Shown: piece after piece, positions 41,766 through 50,103 of the stretch
Position numbering within the stretch: position 1 is the first letter of the stretch
Layout of the letters: the number at the start of each line of letters is the position of its first letter
NCBI GenBank assembly: GCA_965222155.1
Contig: CBDCTH010000012.1
Span: 960,001-1,024,000, forward strand
Length of the DNA stretch: 64,000 nucleotides
Reading direction: 5' to 3'
Source: Gammaproteobacteria bacterium
GTDB taxonomy: Bacteria; Pseudomonadota; Gammaproteobacteria; Eutrophobiales; Eutrophobiaceae
Program-made: the position numbers and the translations under genes
The notes under the pieces: model-generated
What the model saw: the letters and a program-made list of their open reading frames with translations, nothing else
The model's database searches: none
Told to the model about the DNA's origin: nothing

Positions 41766-42236
41766 ATGAGTGACAAAATTGATAAAGGCGGGCAGTTTCC
41801 CGATATCGAGCTGGCCATTGCCGGGGGAGGTAAGCTGCGTCTTCCCGCCGATATCGATACCCCATATGCATTCATCCTCTTTTATCGTGGTCATTGGTGA
41901 CCTTTCTGTCGCCGTCAGTTAGTCGGCTTTGAAAAACAACGCAAGGTCCTGGCGGAACTCAGCGTCAGTATTGTTGCGGGTTGTGTGGATTCAGAGGAAA
42001 AAACAACCGAAGTCGCGGCTGAACTGGGATTTCCCGTCGCCTGGGGCATGACCCGTGATATGGGTGATCAATTCGGTGCGTGGTGGGAGGAGGAAAGAGA
42101 ATTTATCCAGCCCAGTGAATTTTTTATAACCGGTTCGGGTAAGGTGCTTGCTTCCACTTACAGCAGTTCCCCTATTGGACGGATGGATCCGGAAGATGCC
42201 GTGACCCTGGCAAAATTTATAATCAAGAAGGGATAG
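41766..42236 (+). CDS. Selenocysteine-containing peroxiredoxin-like (AhpC/TSA, UxxC) protein, 156 aa
   Basis: ATG 41766 after AGGA; frame reads ...FILFYRGHW-TGA(41898-41900)-PFCRRQL... and continues into track ORF 41985-42236. TGA sits at the first Cys of the FYRGxWCPxC motif. Confidence 0.88.
41911..41927 (+). promoter_or_regulatory. Candidate bacterial SECIS hairpin
   Basis: gccg-tcagttagt-cggc starting 11 nt after the UGA, with a loop G about 18 nt downstream. Confidence 0.5.
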
Positions 42237-42241
42237 GAAAA

Positions 42242-43225
42242 TCAATCCGCGGGTTTGGGGTCGAAAGATCGGAGCGACAAGACATGCTTCGATAGCTTGG
42301 GGCCTCGCCCGGATTCCGACCAGGGACACACCTCCAGACATATAGCACAGCCATAGTTGTCGCTGAAATAGGGAACACAGCGATCAAAATCAACATACCA
42401 TTTCTTTGTCCCTCTTACCCATTGCTTTTCATCGGCTATGGCCTTGGGTGGGCATGCATTGGTGCAAGCTCGACACTTTATGCACACATCATCTACACCG
42501 ATGTCCTCCTCCTGTTCGATCGCGAGGGGAAGGTCTGTCAAAACTGTAGTCAAACGAACATTACTGCCGTACTCTTTGCAAATCAGCGAACCATGTTTAC
42601 CTAATTGCCCAAGACCTGCACTGATGGCGATTGGGATGTGCAGGTAGCCGGAACTGCTGTTCACCGGTAAACCCAATGCAGGCCAACCAAGAGAACGTAT
42701 ATATCTCGCCAAATCGACAGTCAATCGTGAACACTCCGTATAAACCCGGTTCACCTCCCTGCTTGAACTGACCGTTGGTATATTCAACATTATTTCCCTG
42801 TCCATCGGCATACCTATGGAAATAGCGTACTTATAATCACGGGATACCCCGTCCATTAAATGTTCATCCTGCAGCTCGCAGATGCCTATTATTCCAGCGC
42901 CTAATTCCCGTGCTTTTTCACGAATTCTGCCAGCCATTTTTTGTTTGTCAGTTATCTCCAGCTTCTCGTCAGCGATCTCACCCTGCGGCCGGAAAGCCGA
43001 CCACATATGTTTTAAAATGGGAAACAGCATGCTCAGCGGATATGAGTAGCGAAAATATGTCTGCATGGCCTCCCAGGGAAGTGGTCCTGTTTTCGCCGTT
43101 GAATGGTAAACATACTGCGCTCGGCGTTTGGTTGTCTCACCCAGGCCATTGATTTTGTTACCCGAGACCGGAGGATTCCGGTACTGCACGAAAAAGGGTT
43201 CGGGATATTGTTTTTGTTGTTTCAT
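42242..43225 (-). CDS. Reductive dehalogenase/QueG-like 2x[4Fe-4S] protein, no Tat signal
   Basis: ARELGAGIIGI, LARYIRSLGWPA, AGLGQLGKHG...VRLTTVLTDLPL, CIKCRACTNACP, C..Y...GCAICLEVCPW. Confidence 0.8.
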   Translation of the reverse strand: MKQQKQYPEPFFVQYRNPPVSGNKINGLGETTKRRAQYVYHSTAKTGPLPWEAMQTYFRYSYPLSMLFPILKHMWSAFRPQGEIADEKLEITDKQKMAGRIREKARELGAGIIGICELQDEHLMDGVSRDYKYAISIGMPMDREIMLNIPTVSSSREVNRVYTECSRLTVDLARYIRSLGWPALGLPVNSSSGYLHIPIAISAGLGQLGKHGSLICKEYGSNVRLTTVLTDLPLAIEQEEDIGVDDVCIKCRACTNACPPKAIADEKQWVRGTKKWYVDFDRCVPYFSDNYGCAICLEVCPWSESGRGPKLSKHVLSLRSFDPKPAD

Positions 43226-43533
43226 CAGCAAACTACAAATAGAAGGTGCGCCCGACTATCTTGAGATATCTCCGTCGTATACGAAAACATGTGCCGATTA
43301 TGACGTGGCGTATGATGTATTTTATTGCGACGGGAATAAACAGCGACAAAGCCTGAATATTTGATTTTATCTCTTCCCGTGGCAAAACCGGTGTGTGTGT
43401 TTTACTACGCTCAGGTGATCTTGTTTCCTCACCGCTTGTAGTCACAGGCGCTTTCAAAAAAACCTCAAGAGTCAGAAAATTTAAACGATGTTATTCATAA
43501 TTACGTGTCAGGTCAATGTCAGCTACCTGGCAC

Positions 43534-43709
43534 CAGCCGTTCCCGCTAACTCCCGGGAGCTAGGGCATCCTGCCCTCGTGGAGGGCGAGAGGCCCTCCCT
43601 CCCAGGGGAAAATGCCCGTGACTCCTGGGGGACAGATTTAAATCTGTCCCCGCTGTCTTCGAATCCGGCAAGAATCACTGTATTGACTTCGAGTTAGCGG
43701 GAGCACCTG
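43534..43709. mobile_element. MITE family A copy 2 (176 bp, 9-bp TSD), inverted relative to 13150-13327
   Basis: TSD acctggcac at 43525-43533 and 43710-43718; contains ggggacagatttaaatctgtcccc. Confidence 0.9.
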
Positions 43710-43789
43710 ACCTGGCACTTTGTGGATTCCCGCTTGCGCGGGAATGGCCGGGTGTATATGCAAAGCCTGAACGCCCCACCATCTTTTGC

Positions 43790-44158
43790 TCAAGTACGAG
43801 TTTTAATCAGGTACGAACGCCTTTGAATTTTGTTCAGCAACCCCATATCCATAATCCACATACACAACAACAACCGCGCACCCGGCTCTATTCCATTGAT
43901 AAAGCTGACCTGGGCATCGGGATTACGCTGCAATTCCTTGAGTGTTCTGATACCGGTGGAAATGCACGCGACAATCTCTTCGTTCAGGTTGAGATCGGCA
44001 ATATCCAGCTCACGCGCCTGCAATACCGTTTCCTGCCCGAACAAAAAAGTCAACTCATCATTCAGGCGTTCATAAGCATCCCTGGACAGGCTAAGGTCTT
44101 CACCGTCCTCGGCTGCCGTTTCTGTTGAGTGTAAATGGGGCGCTGTCTGTTTTGCCAT
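43790..44158 (-). CDS. Hypothetical protein
   Basis: 122-aa ORF with protein-like composition; no recognised motif. Confidence 0.6.
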   Translation of the reverse strand: MAKQTAPHLHSTETAAEDGEDLSLSRDAYERLNDELTFLFGQETVLQARELDIADLNLNEEIVACISTGIRTLKELQRNPDAQVSFINGIEPGARLLLCMWIMDMGLLNKIQRRSYLIKTRT

Positions 44159-44268
44159 ATCTTTCGCCTGTTTCTAACCGCTACTGACGAGTAGTATACC
44201 CCATTGATTTTATGGGGAGCACTAAGGGATAGACCACGAAAGGAGAAAACAGGAAAATAGGTGACAGA

Positions 44269-44453
44269 ACCCGCACTGTCGTCATTCCGGCAAATGCCAG
44301 AATTACCCCGCGCTGTCGTCATTCCGGCAAATGCCAGAATTACCCCGCACTGTCGTCATTCCGGCAAATGCCAGAATTACCCCGCACTGTCGTCATTCCG
44401 GCAAATGCCAGAATTTCCCCGCGCTATCGTCATTCTGGCGAATGCCAGAATCC
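44269..44453. repeat. Five tandem 37-bp units, each containing one REP-like hairpin
   Basis: Unit ccccgc(a/g)ctgtcgtcattccggcaaatgccagaatta, head-to-tail without spacers. Confidence 0.92.
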
Positions 44454-44687
44454 AGTCAAATAAACTTCCTTATAACGTCTACAAAAGTTTATTCCCGTCA
44501 AGCCTGGACGGCGACCGCTTTGTTTCCTTATAGCGATACTGATTTTACCCGGTCGGAATGACTTAAAAAGCGAAGAATCAGCGGAAATATGAGAAATATC
44601 ACATTCCGCAGTAGATACAAACTTTAACAATCTTTGTCTATTCGTCCATACTTATACGGGTTGATGGTCAGATAATTGTTTCACACT

Positions 44688-44957
44688 ATGCACATTTCTC
44701 TTACACCGGAACTTGAGGCCAGGGTTAAATCAAAAGTTGACTCAGGCATGTATAACAATGCCAGTGAAGTTATCCGGGAGGCGCTCAGATTTATGGATCA
44801 GAATGAAAAACTTCTCTACCTGCTTAAAACAGAGCGGTTACGTTACGAGGTAGCACAGGGTGCAATAGAGGCAGAGCAGGGTAAATTCAGTGCGCGCACA
44901 GTAAAAGATATTCTTGATGATATAAATTCATGGTTAGGGATCGATATAGGAATGTAA
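44688..44957 (+). CDS. parD: ParD-family antitoxin (CC2985-like), no intact parE downstream
   Basis: MHISLTPELE...VDSGMYNNASEVIREALR. Confidence 0.88.
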   Translation: MHISLTPELEARVKSKVDSGMYNNASEVIREALRFMDQNEKLLYLLKTERLRYEVAQGAIEAEQGKFSARTVKDILDDINSWLGIDIGM

Positions 44958-44967
44958 AGGACAGACC

Positions 44968-45116
44968 CTGAAAAACCCCACGGAATCACAGTCCCGCTAT
45001 TCCTGCGCAAGCAGGAATCCAGTGGATAATTTATTCCTTATCATAAGGAGGGTTAGTCTACTGGATTCCAGCTTTCGCTGGAATGGCGGGACTACGATTT
45101 CGTGGGGATCCTTCGG
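44968..45116. mobile_element. MITE with IS10-like ends carrying a REP doublet
   Basis: ctgaaaaaccccacggaatc ... gatttcgtggggatccttcgg resemble the adjacent IS ends; flanks ggacagacc / gctctgatc. Confidence 0.75.
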
Positions 45117-45253
45117 GCTCTGATCCCTTTTATGATCGATTCTTCGTTCAGTTTTTATACACCGTCAGTGAAAGAGTCATACCCTAATCCAACAACCAGC
45201 TGCCTGACTGTGACCTCCCCCCAAACTTCACATTCACCCATATGATTAGCCAA

Positions 45254-45425
45254 TCAGTAAAACACCCTGGGCTGAAAATCTGCCTGGTTGATGATGCTGG
45301 CGCTGCTGCCAGTGGCCCGGATGATATACAATCCCTGCCTCTCCGCATACACCTCCACAGAATGATCCACCTTCAAGTACGCCACGGCACCTAAGACATT
45401 CCGCCCTTTGAATTCCGGCACCCAA
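45254..45425 (-). pseudogene. C-terminal remnant of a DUF3782-like protein
   Basis: PEFKGRNVLGAVAYLK...YAERQGLYIIRATGSSASIIN..DFQPR; truncated next to the IS. Confidence 0.55.
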
Positions 45426-45451
45426 CCCGCAAGAGAAAACGGGGTCAGACC

Positions 45452-46800
45452 CTGAGTGATCCCCACGAATTTGACGAAAAAAGTGATTCAAACCAATCTC
45501 TTACAAAATAGCTGTAGTGATAGAGGGAACTTGCATGATGAATCGCGATCTGAACAGACGTATTCAATCGTCATCAGAGAGGTCAACACCCTGCAAGTTC
45601 AGTCTATCGTACAACAATTACTTGAGGTTGTCTGTCCCGGCATGCATCGGGTTCGGCGGGCATCACTGGCAGCCAGTGTGCTCGGCGCTCTGCGTGGCTG
45701 ACGCCTGACGGTGACCGCCATCGGACGGGCGTTGCCCGGTGGGACGAGTCAGGAACATGCGATTAAACGGGCAGACCGGTTATTATCGAATCGGCACCTT
45801 CATGGACAGCAGGACACGCACTATCAGGGCCTGTGCCAGCTACTCATTGGGGCGCGCACCCGTCCGGTGTTGCTGGTGGATTGGTCGGACCTGGATGCGC
45901 GCAAACGTCATTACCTGTTGCAGGCGAGTGTGGCGGTGAACGGTCGCTCTGCCACCGTGTATGAAGAGGTGCATACGTTGGCGAGTAAGGACAAGCGGCG
46001 CACGCACCAGGTGTTTCTGCGACAGTTGCAGGCGCTGCTGCCGGTCGGTTGCCGGCCGATTATTGTGACCGATGCGGGCTTTCGCACACCCTGGTTTCAG
46101 CAGGTCGCGGCGTTGGGTTGGGATTGGGTCGGGCGGGTCCGCAACCGGCACAAGATGCGTTGGCGCAGTGGGGGACGCTGGTTTAACACCAACCGCTGTT
46201 ATCAACAGGCGTCCAGCATGGCCCAATACCTGGGTCAGGCAGTCCTGACTCGTTCCAACCCCCTGGTCTGTCAGTTGGTGGTCTATCGGGGCAAAGCCCA
46301 GGGGCGCAAACAGTATACCTGCTCAGGTAACGTGGCTCAGGGTCGCCGCAGTCGCGTCTGTGCCGCCCGCGAGCGGGCACCCTGGTTACTGGCCACCTCC
46401 TTGCCGGTCACCCGCACGCTGGCCCGGCAGGTCGTGCGTCTGTATCGGTTGCGCATGAGCATAGAGGAAGGCTTCCGGGATATGAAAAGCCATCAGTTCG
46501 GCCTGGGTCTGACCTATCACCGCTGCGCCTCGGTCGAACGCTTGCAGGTGTTGGTGTTCATCGCCAGTCTGGCCTTGCTGGTGCTGTGGTTAGTGGGGAC
46601 GGCCACTATCGCACAGGGCGCCCACTATCAATTCCAGGCCAACAGTGTGCGCCACAAACACATTCTCTCAGTGTTGTTCGTGGGCTTGCAAATGGTCCAG
46701 GATAACCGCATCATCCTGGCCATGAAGGCCGCCTGGTCAGCACGCCGTGAGCTGCCTGATGCTCAGCCATGGGCAGCTTGATTTCGTGGGGATCACTCAG
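45452..46800 (+). mobile_element. IS4-family (IS10 group) insertion sequence, 1349 bp
   Basis: 18-bp TIR ctgagtgatccccacgaa / ttcgtggggatcactcag; flanks GGTCAGACC and GGTCTGACC. Confidence 0.92.
45591..46781 (+). pseudogene. IS10-like DDE transposase with CTG at the expected start and in-frame TGA at 45699-45701
   Basis: LLEVVCPGMHRVR...LRG*RLTVTAIGRALP, LVDWSD, IVTDAGF, YRLRMSIEEGFRDMK (YREK motif). Confidence 0.85.
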
Positions 46801-46809
46801 GGTCTGACC

Positions 46810-46872
46810 CTGAGTGATCCCCACCCAGGTGAGTGCCTGGAAAAGGCAACTGACCGAGCAGGCCAGCGCGGT
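46810..46872 (+). mobile_element. Second truncated IS10-like end followed by an IS3 OrfA scrap
   Basis: ctgagtgatccccac (46810-46824) then QVSAWKRQLTEQASAV. Confidence 0.55.
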
Positions 46873-46889
46873 GGGCGGCATGAAAAAAC

Positions 46890-46918
46890 TTGACGCAACA
46901 TGCCATCGGTACTATCTT
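46890..46918 (+). promoter_or_regulatory. Sigma70-type promoter for the Panacea operon
   Basis: TTGACG-17 bp-TATCTT. Confidence 0.55.
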
Positions 46919-47058
46919 TGCGTTAGCATTCCGAATATGTGGACGCACGAGCTAATCCCCCCGGGACGAGTTGGAAACGCTCCCCGGTGATACTCGTTTA
47001 TGGAGTTCTATGACCACGAAACAGGCAATCTTAGTTATCAATGGGGGGGTCTCCAACT

Positions 47059-47613
47059 ATGTACAGCGAACGTAGAACTGCTCAAATGGCAGCTTTTATG
47101 CTGATTCAGTGTGGTAAACAAATGTCCCACTTGAAACTGATGAAACTGTTGTATCTTGCAGATCGCGAAGCTATAAAACGTTATGGTCGCTCCATCTCGG
47201 AAGATTACGCTGTAGCAATGCCCCATGGCCCGGTCCTTTCAATGACCCTGGATCTCATGAGTGGCAACTGCGATTCAGAAGATGGGGGGTGGGACACGTG
47301 GATATCAGCGAAAGCCGACCACCAAATTTCTCTTTTGGCTGACGCTGAAATTGATGACCTGGATGAGCTAAGCGCTACTGACTTGGAAGTTCTTAATGCG
47401 GTTTGGCAGGAATTCGGCCACATGGATCGTTGGCAAATTCGAGATTGGACTCATGAGAACTGCCCGGAATGGAAAGACCCCAAAGGGTCATCAAATCCAA
47501 TTTCAGAAGAGGACTTGTATAAAGCCGTAGGTTACTCGCCAGAAGCCGCGTCCGAATTGTTGGATGATTTTAAGAATCATCGAGGAATAGATGCTGTCTT
47601 CAGTAATTTGTGA
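47059..47613 (+). CDS. Panacea (DUF4065/SocA/GepA) domain antitoxin
   Basis: HLKLMKLLYLADRE...YGRSIS...AMPHGPVLS, DWTHENCPEW. Confidence 0.88.
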   Translation: MYSERRTAQMAAFMLIQCGKQMSHLKLMKLLYLADREAIKRYGRSISEDYAVAMPHGPVLSMTLDLMSGNCDSEDGGWDTWISAKADHQISLLADAEIDDLDELSATDLEVLNAVWQEFGHMDRWQIRDWTHENCPEWKDPKGSSNPISEEDLYKAVGYSPEAASELLDDFKNHRGIDAVFSNL

Positions 47614-48011
47614 GTATATTCGTACCTTACCCTCGAGCTACTATCCTCATACCCTCAGGCCCCACTTCTGACCCTGAGCGTCATCACCTTTTCATTGTTA
47701 TTAACGACCCTGTTCCGCATACCGGAGAGGGAGAAGTTTTGCTTGTATCTGTAAGCACTGTAAAAACGCAAATATATTACGACAAAACCTGCCTGCTAAG
47801 TGCCGGCTCGCATGAATTTATCAATAAGGATAGTTTTATCGATTATGGAAAAGCACGGGTCGAAACTGCTCAAAAGCTCATAGATGGCGTGTTACAAGGA
47901 AAATTCATCCCTAAACAGCCAATGGATGACGAGCCTTTTCAAAGAGTCAAAGCTGGGCTGTCTTCCTCGCCGCATATCAAGAAGAAAATCAAGCGATTTC
48001 TACATCATTAA
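47610..48011 (+). CDS. Putative toxin partner of the Panacea protein (PemK/MazF-like by appearance)
   Basis: GTGA overlap; TILIPSGP...HLFIVINDP...LLVSVST...DKTCLL..G.HEFI..DSFIDY. Confidence 0.6.
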   Translation: MSIFVPYPRATILIPSGPTSDPERHHLFIVINDPVPHTGEGEVLLVSVSTVKTQIYYDKTCLLSAGSHEFINKDSFIDYGKARVETAQKLIDGVLQGKFIPKQPMDDEPFQRVKAGLSSSPHIKKKIKRFLHH

Positions 48012-48016
48012 CACGC

Positions 48017-49144
48017 TTAATCTAGCGCTTTCTTTTTTACCAATTCAAAGCGAACTTTCAATTTATTTAATGCCGTTGCATACTCTATCAGACCCTCATG
48101 CTGCAACCGTCCTACCACAATACCGGGATGGATATTCAACTGAGTAGCGAATTCACAAATTTCATCATGGCTCCCGCTGCTTAAATTATGCAATTCGTGA
48201 TTATAGGCCGGTGGAATTAACATATCCTTCGCCCATCGATTAGCTTCTTCCTCTTGCTGTGAACCCTGGAGAACATTGCCGTGGTCGTCCAGAAAAATAT
48301 CGGCTTTCTGACCCGCGTGCAGAAGAATATGCGCCGCCTCGTGAAAAAAGGTAAACCAGAACTTATCGTTGGATTTACCGTAAAGTGATAACTGAATTAA
48401 CGGACTATGAGCATTGAGCCAACGCGCCACGCCACTGACGTGCGCTCTAGAAATGGCCGCAACAAACACCAGTTTTACGCCTGCAACAGCACAAAATTTG
48501 CGTAGTTGAGGCTCGAATTTTTCTGGTGGTAACACGGTAAGTTCCCGAATTTGCTTGAGCGCGCGTTCAAATCTGATTTTGTTGTATTTTGAGGTCTCCT
48601 GCTTTTCGGCTTCTTTCTCCCCCATGCGTAACCACGAGGTAATAGCCCCGATGTCTGATTGTGATTCGCGGGTACGGCGAAAAGACGCGACCATACCGCC
48701 ATAGTGCATTTGCCACTCATCCGGCGAGGCAACGCCAAAAAAACACAATAAATGCTCCACCAAGTCAGGTTTCACCTTGTTAGTGATGCGCTGGTCAGGG
48801 ATAACACCGGCTTTTTTAAGATCAGCCAATGGTAATTTATCTAGCCAGCCTACCCAGCTTTGACAACGTTTTTGTACGTTCAGCCGCGCTAAACGCTCAC
48901 GGTATTTGGCTTCCCTGTTCAACCAGAAATTCGCGTTTGTTCCCAGCACACGCTCCAACCGTAACGCAGTATCATTCGTCAACGATACCTTTCCTTTGAT
49001 AAGCTGGTTCAGGTGTTTGGCACTGAACCCGAGACGGCGTGCTAAATCTATCTGACTCCAATCTCTTTCTTCCATAAAGTCTACAATCGTATCGCCGGGA
49101 GGAGATACCCAATCCGGGCTGAATGTCTGCTCTTGCTCAATCAT
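48017..49144 (-). CDS. higA: HigA-type HTH fused to ImmA/IrrE metallopeptidase
   Basis: VSPPGDTI, SQIDLARRLG, FWLNRE, FWFTFFHEAAH, EEEANRWA, HPGIVVGRLQ. Confidence 0.88.
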   Translation of the reverse strand: MIEQEQTFSPDWVSPPGDTIVDFMEERDWSQIDLARRLGFSAKHLNQLIKGKVSLTNDTALRLERVLGTNANFWLNREAKYRERLARLNVQKRCQSWVGWLDKLPLADLKKAGVIPDQRITNKVKPDLVEHLLCFFGVASPDEWQMHYGGMVASFRRTRESQSDIGAITSWLRMGEKEAEKQETSKYNKIRFERALKQIRELTVLPPEKFEPQLRKFCAVAGVKLVFVAAISRAHVSGVARWLNAHSPLIQLSLYGKSNDKFWFTFFHEAAHILLHAGQKADIFLDDHGNVLQGSQQEEEANRWAKDMLIPPAYNHELHNLSSGSHDEICEFATQLNIHPGIVVGRLQHEGLIEYATALNKLKVRFELVKKKALD

Positions 49145-49469
49145 GATAATCTCCAATAAACGTAATAGTTAACGCAGTAACTTGCGCCCAATCGATACCG
49201 CCATCTTCTTTTCTTGGGATCGGGCTGTGATCCGGTTCAAATACAAGCCGTTTGCCGCCAGCCAGACCTATTGAAAATTGTCCTTGTCTGTCGCCAATCA
49301 GGGGATGCGGCTTTCCCAGTGGCGGCAAATCCAGGACATTGACCGCCGCTTCAATATCGCTGAGCCTGGATTGCAATTTCTTTGCCGAGTCCGCGCCCAG
49401 CTTTCGAACCGCCTCCCGGTTGTTTTCGCAAAGTTTGCGGAGTTTATGGTCATTGAAATTAACCTGCAT
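49137..49469 (-). CDS. higB: HigB-like (RelE-family) toxin
   Basis: KLRKLCE...KLG..AKKLQSRL, PHPLIGDRQGQFSIGL..RLVFEP; overlaps the antitoxin start. Confidence 0.85.
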   Translation of the reverse strand: MQVNFNDHKLRKLCENNREAVRKLGADSAKKLQSRLSDIEAAVNVLDLPPLGKPHPLIGDRQGQFSIGLAGGKRLVFEPDHSPIPRKEDGGIDWAQVTALTITFIGDYHD

Positions 49470-49491
49470 TTGATGCATCTTATTATACATT

Positions 49492-49512
49492 TATTTACCT
49501 GATTGGTAAATA
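49492..49512. promoter_or_regulatory. Palindromic operator upstream of higB
   Basis: tatttacc-tgatt-ggtaaata. Confidence 0.55.
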
Positions 49513-49761
49513 TTTAATGATATAAAAATTGCCTGTCGTAGATATACCAGCCTGGAAATTTTATTTTTCAGAGGCCATAAACACTGGAGTGCCCCGGCAT
49601 GTTTACCAGTTCACTTAAGGATTTTTTCAAGGGATTGTAACGGAGCTACTCCCGCGACTTATGTCAGCGCGGTCTGACGCGTAATCGTCTCAAAATCTGT
49701 TAGTCCAGATAGTCATGGGCCAGTACGTAGCGAGAGAACGTGGTCTGACCCCTATTTTCCC

Positions 49762-50079
49762 TTAATTTGCCACTACATCCCCACCGGCCCGGTTATCCAC
49801 CAGGACCAGGATATCAAGGTGGGTAACTGTTGGTTCCACACCAAAGACATCCCGGAAGTGCTGAGTGAATGCCGCAGAAAAAAATTCTTCCGCCCGTGCC
49901 TGGGATTCCCAAAGGTAGACGGAATGACCATTACCCGTGGTCTCATCGTAGCAAAATTGCTTGCTCAGTAATCCTGGCAGGTCCTTGAAGATGTTATTGG
50001 CGGCGCCGATAAACTGTTCCAGAATTACCGCGCGGGGTGGCTTGCTGGGTAAGTGATAAGTAACTAAAACCGTTTTCAT
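49762..50079 (-). CDS. YdhR-like dimeric alpha/beta barrel putative monooxygenase
   Basis: LPGLLSKQF...GHSVYLWES..AEEF. Confidence 0.75.
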   Translation of the reverse strand: MKTVLVTYHLPSKPPRAVILEQFIGAANNIFKDLPGLLSKQFCYDETTGNGHSVYLWESQARAEEFFSAAFTQHFRDVFGVEPTVTHLDILVLVDNRAGGDVVAN

Positions 50080-50103
50080 AAATTATCTCCGTTTGCGTAT
50101 TTT

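Noticed and set aside
43233-43490. Cobalamin riboswitch upstream of the RdhA-like gene
   Set aside because: Only a gccacgggaag fragment resembles the B12 box; the other conserved elements are not visible.
44269-44453. CRISPR array
   Set aside because: Units are contiguous with no unique spacers and no cas genes are present; it is a tandem REP amplification.
45699-45701. Selenocysteine readthrough in the transposase
   Set aside because: No redox motif, not an expected Cys position, and the start codon also looks degraded; best read as a nonsense mutation.
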